Shown in pieces: positions 1-12,313 of a stretch of 64,000 nucleotides of DNA (position 1 is its first letter; every line of letters starts with the position of its first letter). Below the pieces are notes generated by a model, which worked only from the letters and a program-made list of their open reading frames with translations, was not told where the DNA came from and searched no databases. Location: contig NW_027271848.1 of NCBI RefSeq assembly GCF_040938485.1, positions 310,001 through 374,000 of the forward strand, in the 5' to 3' direction. The position numbers were made by a program, and so were the translations under genes. Source of the stretch: Diadema antillarum. Its lineage: Eukaryota.

Positions 1-975
1 GTCGATAAAACACGCAAAAAATGCATCAAATTGCACCATTTACAACATCAAAATGCAAAAAGTTCTCACCGTGGGAGGGGGATCCCCCTCCCACACCTCT
101 CCCCCCCCCCCCAGCTTGCTTCGCTCCCTCGCATCTAACCGCTCCCCCTAAGATCAAATTCTTGCTACACCGGTGATGGGCCCCACTGATTAGTACGGCC
201 TTCACAGTAATCTCGCTCAGGCAGAGCAAGAGCTAAAATACCACTATTTACTCATTCAATGGTATACTAATATTTCATTTTCTTACTTATTTTCTTTTTT
301 AAGAAAATCCAATACTTCACCAAAAGTGTGCACCATATCGCTGAATTTCAGGTCTGGAAATGCAAAATCTTCCTCGTGTGGGAGGGGGGATACCCCCTCC
401 CACAATCTCCCCTCGCTTGGTCGCTCCGCTCCCTCGCACAGATATTCCAAAAAGAAAAAAAGGTCTTCATACTTTTAAGGTCTGGTTTTCCACCGAAAGT
501 CATCTGACAAGCAAAATAGATATTTCATATTTCATATTTTTGCTGCCACTTTCCTCCCACTTTACATTTCATGCAAAAGAGTGGGACATTCGATCCCTGT
601 AAAGTGTGTGTGTGTGTGGCGGGGGGGGGGGGGCACCAAGCTTTTCTCTCCCCCCCCCCCCCCCCTTCCCCCCACGGTGCGCCGGTCCGGTTATGGGCTT
701 GTAATTGTGGTGATGGTGACTATCGCCGATCATCCCCTACTCCTCAGTACAAATTTACGCCGTTGCTATAGGGCCTACTACTAAATATTGGAAAAAATGA
801 ATGAATTAGAGTAAATAATTCAAGCCCAATTAATACACGCATTTAAATTGTGGGCTTTCACCTGGACCCTTTCAAGAAAAAAGATAAGTAACCATTTCAC
901 CTATTTACGCAATATTGAACTTGAAATATAAATCTGTTTTTGAGCCAACTTAATTACCATATTAATCGACACCTA

Positions 976-2307
976 CTAGGTGTTTCAAAAAACATTTTCC
1001 ACTTTTGATCATTAATAATTCTGAAACTGTTCATTCGATAACACTGTCATTGATATGAGTAATAGCTGAATAGTGTACAATTTTGTTGAAGGTAATTTGA
1101 ATGTGAAAGCATAAATCAGTTTCATTGAATCTAAGATTTATTTTGAAGTAAGGTTTCAGATTTTGGTCAAATTTCAACCCTCTGTACAAAAATGAACTTT
1201 ACACAGAAACCAATGATGTGTATGTGAGTGTGTGCTGACAATGGCCCTGAACAATGGACATGCCTGAACCACCTGTTCTCTGGGCGTCAGTCTGGCGCTC
1301 CCTGGCACAGGAATGCTTAATCAATAGCCGGGTTCGCACGTACAAATTAGCGGGATGACGATCGCGATGCAAATCTCGAGATTTGTATCCCGCTAATTGG
1401 TGTACGTGTGAACCCGGCTAATAATTCATGTTGATTGCCCTGGGCACTGCTAGTCTGAATTCATGCACGGTAAAGGATAAAATGCATGCACATGGAAAAA
1501 GTAAGGACATGTTTCCATGTGCTTGCAAACACCGCATTTCATTCCAGCTGGCAATCATTTTCAAATTTTGCTTCACATATCACTAAATTTGGGATATAAT
1601 TAAGCATAAATGATCTTAAGTTCCTCATTTCTATACAACTGTCTACTAATTAAATAGTGTGACAAATTTTTGCTTTTTCGATAAAAAGAGATCATTTTTG
1701 GTAAAGAGTTCAGCAGCATTTATCATTCATTGGGACGATTTGTTTCACAGTAGATTTGTTTAAGGCTCCATATACACAAGTTATTAGTGTATACTCTAAT
1801 TGATTTTCTTTGCTTCCTGTCACCATGTTTACGATAGAACAGAAGGTATTCATTGTAATTTCGTTTTTTCAGAAGTAGTTTGGAGAGCACTGTCGCGACT
1901 CAAAGACAGTATCGGCAGGTGTTTGACTTTACATAGATACTGCCAGAGGCTGAATAAAGACTAGTTGTGACAGTGGAATTTCTCATAAATAAATAATGAA
2001 GCATTCATACCCTGGCCATTGTTCAGGACCATTGTCAGGGTGTTAACCACACACTCCCATACACACCCATTGACCCCTGTGCAAAGTGAAATTTTGTACA
2101 GAGGGTTGAAAATTGAGCAAAATCTGGAACCTAACTGTGAAATTAATCATGGATTTCATGAAACTGATTTATGCTTTCATATTTAAACTACCTTCAACCA
2201 AATTGTACAGTATTCAGCTATCACTCATATCAATGACAGTGTTATCTGATATATAGTTTATGAATTATTAAGAATCAAAAGTGGGAAATGTTTTTTGAAA
2301 CACCTAG
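976..2307. mobile_element. Non-autonomous Tc1/mariner-like element with long (~285 bp) TIRs
   Basis: TA|CTAGGTGTTTCAAAA...TTTTGAAACACCTAG|TA; 976-1260 is a diverged inverted copy of about 2012-2307. Confidence 0.75.
1326..1419. mobile_element. 94-bp hairpin MITE nested in the element above (Harbinger-like)
   Basis: AGCCGGGTTCGCACG...CGTGTGAACCCGGCT, flanked by the direct repeat AAT. Confidence 0.7.
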
Positions 2308-2332
2308 TAGAATCAGTAGTCTAGAATATGTG

Positions 2333-2785
2333 GTAGCCCAACTGGTCATTAGCCAAAGTGGGAATTAGACCAAATGATGATTAGACGAACTGGCAATTAG
2401 ACCAAGTGGCTATTAGACTAAATGAAAATAGACCAAGTGAGAATTAGCCCAAGTGGTTATTAGACCAACTGGTTATTAGACCAAGTGGGAAAAGACCAAC
2501 TGGCAATTGACCAACTGGTGTTAGACCAACTGAACATTAGACGAACTGATATTAGACCAAGTGCAATTAGACCTAGTGGCAAAAAATATATATACATTAG
2601 ACCAACTGGCAATTAGACTAAATGGGAATTAGACAAAGTGACGATTAGCCCTATAGTGGTCATTAGACCAACTGGCTATTAGACCATGTGGCAGGTAGAC
2701 CAAGTGAGAAGTGGACCAAATGGGTTTAGCCCGAATGGTGTTAGCCCAACTGATGATTAGACCAAGTGGGAATAGACCAAGCGGC
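2333..2785. repeat. Degenerate ~20-bp tandem array (attagaccaa.tgg core)
   Basis: About 20 head-to-tail variants visible. Confidence 0.9.
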
Positions 2786-2807
2786 AAAAAACCAAAAAAA
2801 AAAAAAC

Positions 2808-3655
2808 TAATGAAATTCTATTTTGCATATGCTTAGCACAAGTATAATTTAAGACAAGACGGAACAAAATAGGAGACACACAGCAACATGACACGACTAG
2901 ACAGAATAGATGGAAAAATGGAAGGAAGGAAGAAAGAGAATGCCTACATGCTGATAGAGGAAACGAAAGAGGGAGTTGAAGACGTGCTTCAAACAGCTGG
3001 TGGCTGCACACAGCCGTGCAGAGATTACGATGGCTATTTCATTATAATGAATTCAGAGATTAATTGATTGATGGTTGGTTGATGAACCCTGTGGTTGGTG
3101 GGACTTGGTTAATGAAAACGAAACATCAGAGAGGGTTTAACAGAAAGGATTTCAACTTCCGCTTAAAAGAATACAAAGATGGAAAACTTTTTATTTCGCA
3201 ACTTAATGAATTTGAGAATCTAGGGCCTGTGTATAAAAATGTATTCTGAGCCAATAATGTTCTGAAAAGGGGTAAGGGAAACTCATTAGATTGCCTAGTG
3301 GGATAATTATGGAAAAACTGATTCCGTGTAAACATTGAATTGAATATACAGGGAAGTGCATTTGCGTTGAAATTAAACATAAACTGACCACGTTGAAAAA
3401 AAAATACAAGTCTTTGATTTTTTAAATCTTATATTTGGTGAATAATGGATCTATATGGGAACGTGGCGGGACGCCACAAATAACACGAAGTGCCCTTTTT
3501 TTGTAGTAACAGTAGTCTATCTAATAAAGTTTGATGGGCGCTACCCCATGCTAAAAGTCCGAAATTAAGATAATATGAAATGAGAGAGTAAAATGTCATC
3601 ATGAAAACTTTGTATACATCTATCAAAAAATATGAAATAGTGGAAACATACGGGA
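2808..3655 (-). mobile_element. 3' fragment of a CR1/L2-group LINE, degraded
   Basis: Peptides FYSLISYYLNFGLLAWG...LLLLQKK and HNYPTRQSNEF...TGPRFSNSL...SFKRKLKSFLL match the typical post-RT C-terminus of CR1/L2-type ORF2; frames are broken. Confidence 0.8.
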
Positions 3656-3656
3656 A

Positions 3657-4991
3657 ACTAGAAATGTCGCTAGGCGACTGATGCCTCCGCCATAATGCAT
3701 GATTCTCCCAATAGGCGTATAGTACAATGTCCTCACAATGTGTGATCCATGACAGTTTCACATAACTGGCAAAATATTGAAATGACAGGTTTGTCAGAAA
3801 TGTCTTGAACTGGGTTTGCTTTAATTTTCTAAGAGTGCAGGTACACATATTTGGGGAATTGAGAATTTTTACTTGAATTCTGACAGACCTTTTTATAAGT
3901 TTATGCATTGAGTAATTTCCAAGGTATGAAGAAAGAGTGTAATGACTGTACAAAATGGATTTTTTTTTGGGGGGGGATTGAAACCTGGCCTTTGACCCTT
4001 AACCTTTGACCTTTGACCTTCTGGCTGGAAATTTTCAAGAGAATCTCCATTAGGTAATGCATGTAATAAGTTTTGAAACTAATAATGCAAGCATTGCATA
4101 TACTAGTATATGAGGGAAATAGTAAAATTTTGAGGAGTTGACCTTGACCTTTGACCCCTGACTATTGATCCATGGCCCCTAAATTCCCTAGATAATCCCT
4201 GCCAGTCGGTACATGCGTATGTACCAAGTTCCACGAAGAAACATTGAACCATTTGTGAGAAAAGTGATATCGCAACATTTTCACCTAACCTTTGACCTTT
4301 TGACCTTTGACCTTATGACGTGAAACTCTCTCTGGAGAATCTTTACGCAGTAGTACATGTCCACACCAAGTTTCAAGAAAATACCTTTGGGCATTGCATA
4401 GATATGGGGGGCATTGCATAGATATGGGGGAAATTGCAACATTTGTAGCATTTGACCTTGACCTTTTGACCTTTGACCTCTTGCCAATGTCACTAAAATC
4501 ATATCAACTAATTGTCCCATCATACATCATCCTTGGACCAAGTTTGGTGAAAGCTGCTTCATCCAGTTTTGAGTTATCACGTAAACAGATAAATTTTAGG
4601 ATTTGACCTTGATCTTTGACCTTTGACCTCTGTCCGATTTCACTGAAAAACTAATCAAGTAATTGTCCCATCATACATCATCCTCCAACAAAGTTTGGTG
4701 AAATTAACTCCATCCAGTCTTGAGTTATCGCGTAAACGGATACAATTTCATGATTTGACCTTGACCTTTGACCTTTGACCTTTAGCCGATTTCACCCAAA
4801 ATCTAATCAAATAATTGCCCCATCATACTCCATACTTGGACCAAGTTTGGTAAAATTCCAGTAAATATTACTCAAGTTATCGCGTAAACGAAAGCGGACG
4901 GACGGACGTACGGACGTACGGACGTACGTACGGACGGACGGACAACCCGAAAACATAATGCCTCCGGCACCACTTCGTGGCGGAGGCATAA
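3657..4991 (+). mobile_element. Helentron-associated (HINE/DINE-1/Pearl-like) non-autonomous element
   Basis: 5' ATGCCTCCGCC (3681) is inverted at the 3' end (GGCGGAGGCAT, 4979-4989) within a terminal hairpin; tandem tgaccttgacctttgacc cores; (GGAC/GTAC)n at 4895-4943; A-rich insertion site. Confidence 0.8.
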
Positions 4992-5609
4992 AAAAAAGGA
5001 ATCATATAACTGGAATCACTGTAGTTATTTGTATTTTGGAACAAGTAGTATTATGAAATACCATGTTTATGATTATAACCTAACTGAATGTAATAGCACT
5101 AATCTGTGTATTTTGTAACAACTTGAATGAAAATTAAATCGCTGGTCATTACAACATTTCACTCACCTGCACGCTCATGTGTGTATGTGTGTTTGTGTGC
5201 TTGCGTTCATGAAAGGTTTAGGTTAGAATTTCTATATGCATACACAAACCTCAATGCATGCATGTTGGACAAATTCTGGAAACAGAACAGCTAAAATAAT
5301 TGCTTGATCAAATGAATCAAATCGGCGAATGAATCCTTTAGTTTTTTATCATTGTAGTATTGTAAGTAACAACACTCGGAGAGGAAGATGTTTTTCTTAA
5401 TATGTTAATTTTTTATATGTTTATGTTTTTCTTAATATGTTAAAAAAAGGTGTACAGTCCTCCAGTAAATGGGTTCGGTTTCTTTCGCGAGTTTCTGAAA
5501 ACTGAACGTCAGAGTGGCGTAATTTCCACGCTTACTTTTCAAGGCTTGCTCTTTGTAGTAATAGCAAGCAAAGACTACAGAGTCGCGAGGAAAATATTTT
5601 GATGAGCAT

Positions 5610-5909
5610 CCATAAACATTGATGATGTAATTTTTATTTTCATAAGCACCCTTCTAAAAGTCAATACAACAAATCTTACAAGGGAAATCTATTCCAAAAT
5701 ATGAGGTTATGACATGGTCAGCTCACTCATTTGCATATCCATATCCACTGTACAAGAAGTGTTTTGTAAACATTAGCAAAATTTCAAAATTTCACAACTT
5801 CCTTATTTTTCATCCGATTTCAGTAATTTTTTTTTTTTACAGTTGAATTTGTGAGATTTAACTCTTTTTTATCAGGCTAACTTATTTTTGGACTGGATTT
5901 CCTCTTTAA
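5610..5909. mobile_element. One end of a TTAA-type (Kolobok-like) MITE
   Basis: Ends GGACTGGATTTCCTC|TTTAA; matching left TIR not found. Confidence 0.45.
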
Positions 5910-6034
5910 CTGGGTGCCCGGCGCGAGAATTTTAGCAATGAGGCATGTTAGCATGCAATCTAGGTCAACACAAACAGGTCAATCTATACTTGATCGAACA
6001 ACATTGCCAAAGTATTTGAAAAAATATATATATA

Positions 6035-6283
6035 TGAAGAGTTTGTTTGCAAAAACCGATAAGTCCATTTTCGAAGATTTTGAAGTACGGTCTTTGTCAT
6101 AAAGTACAAAATAATACCTTTCAAATGATATATTGGTCACTGCATATAAAGGTACATTTTTGAAGTTATGGTCAAAAGAAGCAAAAATGTTCTTATTATT
6201 CTCTTTATTTCTCTTGACCTTTAATCGCAAATATCTCCATTTGGCAAATATGGACTTATTGGTTTTTGCGAACAAACTCTTCA
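6035..6283. mobile_element. 249-bp MITE, copy 1
   Basis: TA|TGAAGAGTTTGTTTGCAAAAACCGATAAGTCCAT...GTTTTTGCGAACAAACTCTTCA|TA, inserted in a (TA)n run. Confidence 0.88.
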
Positions 6284-9210
6284 TATCTTACACACGCTAT
6301 ATACACACTCATTGCTGAACTGCAAAACAATTAATCGTAATACTATATTGATGAAAAAAAGTGTATTCCTACCTCCTTCATATGCCCCCTCCCCGGCCTT
6401 TATCATCAGGATGAGCCATAAATGACGTACAAAATGGTTATTGTTAGACACAACTCAAAGGGGGAGAAAATATAGAAACAAATGTGTACTGACCCCCTCC
6501 CCCTTTTTTTGAAAGAATCCTAGGTACTCCCCTGGCCATGATACAGTAGTGGGATAGATCAGTCCCAACCATCATAACTATACGCGACAGAAAGGGCGTA
6601 CAGGCAGCCCTCCCATTTCCCCACCTTCGCCAAAAATTATTTCATTTTCATTTCAACGAACCTTTTTTATTTTTTCCTCTCTATTCAATTGCTATTCAGA
6701 CTAACAATCCATATTTCAGTTTCGGAAAAACAAAACTTTCTCTGTATTCTAGGACAAACGAATTCTGTATTATTTTCAGATTCAACATTCGGACTGATGA
6801 CAAAGTATAATTATATCTCCGATTGCGAACCCTCAGAATAACGCAATCTATTTCATTTTCGGATCAACAAACTTTTTCTTTTTCCTGGCTAACGAACAAT
6901 CGTAATAGAGCACCTTATTCAATTTTTGAATTAACCGACCTTTGGAATAATGAACATCACCCATTAGATATCGCAAACACATTATCACACTAAGTGAAGC
7001 ACAAGACATTTGGACAACATTTCACTATTTCATGACAACTACAACAACAACAAAATCATGTGACATCCATGCTTTGTTTCTCCATTTTATTATGTTCAAT
7101 AAAAGTGCCATTACACTTCTTATCTTTGCACATCAACATACAAGAAACAATATATTACTTCAATAATTTGTGTAAATATATTAATTTTGGTTTATTTCCC
7201 TTAGCTAGTGACTGCCTTGAATGCTTTTACATATGAGTGTCCTACATCGATTCGGACGTCAATGAAAACACAAATCAAATAATGCAATATCACAGTCAAA
7301 CTTGCAGCTACACATACATGTGAAATGAAAAGAATAGACATGAAAAGACAGGTTCTGGTGTCAGAAGAGAGATTTCCCTCTCAAAAAACGTTGGTTTCTC
7401 CTCATATCTAATGATGTTGGAGCAACAGACAAGGGAAATTGTGAGCAAAGTCAGACTTGCACTGAGAAAGTTTTGTCTAACAGTTGGAATAACTGAAAAT
7501 CATCAAATACTACTGTCAAGAAAAGGAGCCAACATGCCTTCCCTAGACATGTTACAGCTTACCTCTAGTACATATTTAGCAAAGTTAGAAAAGAAAGATG
7601 TTATATAACATCAAGATCACTAGCACTTCATATACAACACAAATGAGAATTGTTCTGCAAGGGAATCCCTAGTCATCTTAGTCATAATATAGCTGGTATT
7701 TCCAACAAGGCCATCGCACCACAAACCAGACAATTTGGCAAATTTTGAAAAAGTACAGATTCTTCTCTGTTCGTCTGAATTTGCACTGAATTTTCCCCGA
7801 CTTGTGATTTCTGTCCAATCAAAATAGCCTAAAATTTCTCTCGTGTGTTAAAGTGAAAAAGAAGAAAAACTTTCAGTCCACAGATTGTTCACTCCATTTT
7901 CACACAGTGATCATCTGATTACATAAATAATACTGTCGCAACTGAAATTTCTGTTTTTGTTTCGTTTTAGCATTATATAGTCAGATTCTTAATACTTGCA
8001 TTGTCCATTAAATTTCTGTGTGTCAAATATTGACGCTATCCCTAGCTCAATCTCCCTGTAATCATCCCCTTGTTTGAAAAAAATGTGCACAATTTCATTA
8101 ATTTTCCGCTTATTTGTGGATAGGATTGATTCTGGATATGCACCCAGGTAAAGGAATCGCCCGACAATCCCCCCCCCCCCCCTCTTATTTTTCCCCCGGG
8201 GAGGGGGAGGGGGAAGAGGAGGTGGACTTGTATAGATATTTAAATTACCTTTGCAGAAATTCAGAGTTCCTCATAACACCAGAACATGTCTTACCATCAA
8301 AACAAATCTGAGTGCATCCAAACGCCCAGAACATATATATGCACATCTCAACTTAGGTGAACACACACACACAATAAAAATAAAAACCAAAGTAAACTAC
8401 TTTCTTTGCAACAGCAGAGCAACAAAATATTCTTCTTAAAAAATATCATCAAAGTACAAGAATGCACTCTCCTGTATAATCATAATCTCGTAGTATTTGT
8501 TCACAGAGCGCAAGCACAGCTTGAGCGTCATATATGAATGCAGAATTTAAAAAAAAAAAAAGAAGAAAAGTATGGCCTGCACATGAAATCACAACTTTCA
8601 ATAAATGATGTTAAGTCAAATGGTGTGAGTCCAAGCCACAGCGACGATCTAAAGTGCATTGACCCACACAAAGTTGACAGTCATTTCCAGGGGAAGGAAC
8701 CCAAACAAACAGACAAGGCCATGGATCACAGCAATGATCGCAGTGAACCAACAAACAAAGAGAAGTCATGGGAGCAATAATGCGACCACACGTCTCTTAC
8801 TGACATAATAAATATCTACCCAAAGATCAGCTCTTCTGGTATCATGGATACATCATTATTACATTATAATGGCAGCTTGGAATCGGACATCATCACAAGA
8901 CATGCATGGGGACCAAGATACACGAGCTTTGGGGAATTTACTCTGACTGATATTTCTACATTTGTTGAATTTACACCCTCCTCTGGTACCCAATTGGGTT
9001 AGCGGTATAAAGACACCACCAATTTTGTAATTAGCAGCTGTGAAAGGTGCATAGGCCAAATTCTATTCTGACTGAATTGATATAGTGCAGTAATTCCAAT
9101 GATTTCTCAACGCACTCACAAAAACTACATCCACATCTTTTATGGGGTGTAGTATGGGGTCAGAACATAATGTGCTATCCACTACACATACATACAAACA
9201 CTCCGAGCAC

Positions 9211-9513
9211 TACTCTCTAAAGAAAGAAGAGTGAAAATGTTCACTCTTGAAGGAGTGAATGACAGAAAAGAGTGAGTTTTGAGTGAAATTGGAGTGAAAA
9301 TTATTTAAAAAGTTCATTTTCACTAATTTTGGAGTGACCTCAAGGATCACTCGAAAATTTTGGAGTGATCCCTGAGGTCACTCCAAAATTAGTTAAAATG
9401 AGCATTTTCACTCAAAATTCACTCCAATTTCACTCAAAACTCACTCTTTTCTGTTATTCACTCCTTCAAGAGTGAAAATTTTCTCTCTTCTTTTTTTTTT
9501 TTTAGAGAGAGTA
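9211..9513. mobile_element. ~300-bp fold-back palindromic element (CACTA/EnSpm-like termini, TA flanks)
   Basis: TACTCTCTAAAG...TTTAGAGAGAGTA; arms built of gagtg/cactc motifs; centre near 9355. Confidence 0.8.
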
Positions 9514-10451
9514 CGGGCGGAAATACGCAATTTGATTCAGTGTTGAATTGCAATATTACACAGGTCTTTTGCGGATAAAAAAAAAATTGAGGTCACCATA
9601 AAATAGGCAAGCTTCTCGACAATACAAATACACACAAACCTTATCTCTGCTTCCACAATCACGTACAGTATTTAAATACATAAAATAAGTTATGCTGTGA
9701 AAATCGGTGCAAAATGGCCCAACACAGAGTGCCAATTGAGAAGGTACACAATATTCGATGACATAGAAGAGAAGAAACTCTGAGTGATAAATAGTACTTT
9801 TGTCAAAAAGAGAATGTTATATTCATATCTGACTAAAAAAAAAATACACTATTCAATCTAGCGATATTACAATACAGACAGCTCGGAAACTACACCAAAG
9901 CCTAATTTCATTGCAAAACAGTCAAATGTAGCTATACCATCTTCAACAGTTTTTCTGGGAGAAAGAAAAAAAGAAGAAGCAATCAAGTGTTTACTTTTGA
10001 ATGAATTCTGTACACATTAAGCATTTAAAAAACTTGTTTTAAGAAGGAAAATGCTGATAAATATTTCATCACAGCAGATGTCTGGTTGCATACCTGGAGA
10101 GATGAAACAAGCACACGATGACACAAAACTCACAGTGAAGTATATCAAATATACAGATTGCCTTAAGTTGTCACTCTCTTCTTCCATTTGAGCTCTCCCT
10201 AGCAAGAACATTATTTACAAAAAATGTTTCTGAAACATGCATATGAAGGCCTCATCATCAAGCCATTAAGACCCTGTCAGTGCCACAAAGAATCAAATAC
10301 AGAAATAATCCACAGCTGACCGCCAAATCCTTGCCATTATCAAGCTAGTTTACACCTTACAAATTTGAGGGGACGTACTATTTAAAATCACGCATGGGAA
10401 AGGACTGTTCTAGAAGGTTCTGGAGTTCTGAATGTTTATTATAGCCAATAA

Positions 10452-10606
10452 CAGGGGCAGATCCAGGAATTCCATAAAGGAGAGGGGCCTTTACAATATC
10501 AAAGGGGGTGCACGCCCCCCATTTTTTTCCTGGTTATTTCTTTTGATCTACGAAAAAATAAAGAGGGGGCGCGCACCCAGTGCCACTTCCTCTGGATCTG
10601 CCACTG
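10452..10606. mobile_element. Short hAT-like MITE
   Basis: CAGGGGCAGATCCAG...CTGGATCTGCCACTG; no TSD recognisable. Confidence 0.65.
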
Positions 10607-12299
10607 AATTGTACAAACTGGTCTCACCTGACAAAATACAACAAAATACAACAAAACAAAAATGAAATAAAAAAAAATATAATGAATGGCTGAAATGCTT
10701 AGAAAAAGAGTGATCGGCCAATACCCATGGGGTAGAAAGAAACACCCCCAAAAAATATAAACTTAATAAAAATGGGGTGGGGGACAAAATAAATCTGTAT
10801 CCTTAGTATAAACGAGTGACCATGAGATATGGTGTAAAGTCTCGATCCATAGCACATAACTATATTATAGTCCAGAGCCAAACAGCCTCTTTCAAGCACA
10901 AAAATAAGCAATAAATACCATACAACACTGCAGTAGATGGACCTCTATTTGTGCACTTTAAGAAAAACACAAAATTTAAACATGTCCAAATTTGTGACTG
11001 TTCACTGCATTCATGGGCACATACCTGAAGACAAATACACGTACAGTTCAATAAATAGATAATACACAGTTTGGGTGTCTGAATGTCCAAGTTATGAAAC
11101 TGTACACAAGATTTTGGAGATTCCCTCAAAATGCAAAGAACAACCATTGGAGAGTTTGAAGAAGCTACACACAGAAGACACTTCATTTTTTCTCGACATC
11201 TGTCTTCAATTTTGCAATATCTCTAACGGAAACCACAAATATGATAGGAGTACATGATTTTTGGAAGTATTTTGAATCAATTTTTACATCTGGCATTCTG
11301 AATTGCATTAGGGATAGGATAATGTGAAGTACAGCAGCACTTGTAGCAGCCAAAAAGTGGGGGAATATAGGGGAGATTCTACTGCAGCTAAGGCTCTGCA
11401 CTAAATGGGGTTCTAGCGATATAAAAGATGCTCTAAGACCATGCACATCTTTAAAAAAGAAGACAATAAACAAATAAATAGATAAAAGATTATGTCCACC
11501 TCAGCAAACCTTGGCACATAACTCTGTCTGATCTCAAGAGATCCAACTCTGTAAATGTTGCAGTTAATGACTCAAGTTCACAAGAACATAATTATTATTG
11601 TGGAAAATGAAAAAAAAAGACAGAAAAAAAAGTTAACACACTTGTGAAAAAAAGTGAAGTAGTGACATGAAACCAAACAATAACGCATAATGTAAGCAAA
11701 TGTCTACATGCAGGTACAGGAACTTGTTATACTTCCCAATGCTATCAATGACACTTCCTTCTTCCAACATATCACATCTTCCTGCATGTTAAGCTTCATG
11801 AGAAATAGAAGAAGCATTGAAACGATGTCACACACCCGTTTGTGACCTTGTACATATACACCCTAGAAATAACACTTGCCATTGCACCTTTTTAGCGTTG
11901 ACTAGCCGCCAGTGACGGAAAGTTTCTAAATGTCTACTCCATGAAAAACGCAATGTTGGAGGAAGAAAAAAAACAACAGATAATCCACAACTTCTACACT
12001 ACCATAGTACCGAGCATTTCTTAACAAATAGCCATGCCATAATGAGAGTGGGTATATTTTTTGTCCATATTGAAGAAGTTTACAATATATACAATCTTAT
12101 TAACAATTGTACAACTTTTACACTTTGAAAATGTGTGCAAAAAAAGGAAAACAATTTTTTGCTCAAGCAATGCTTTTGGCATATGAAGATTAGACAGAGC
12201 AGACACAATATTCAAATATCTGTGGTGTATGCACGCATACGTCACACAAGTATGCACATCATCATGTACATTTGAGACAGCATGAATTACATGTGCTAT

Positions 12300-12313
12300 G
12301 TTGTCATGGCAAC
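12300..12313. promoter_or_regulatory. RFX X-box GTTGTCATGGCAAC
   Basis: Consensus match downstream of the stop codon. Confidence 0.4.

Noticed and set aside
2333-2785. CRISPR-like look of the repeated attagaccaa units
   Set aside because: There are no unique spacers, the units are degenerate tandem copies, and the context is eukaryotic with no cas genes
3429-3953. 174-aa ORF as a gene
   Set aside because: It is a chance fusion of HINE sequence and LINE relic; only the C-terminal part is LINE-like
5979-6318. Recurrent [13 protein letters not shown] peptides here and at 27.1-28.3 kb
   Set aside because: They are translations of the MITE terminal inverted repeats
8538-8780. Hydrophilic 80-aa plus-strand ORF
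   Set aside because: No recognisable motif or exon partners, and it is antisense to the putative UTR; the length is within chance range
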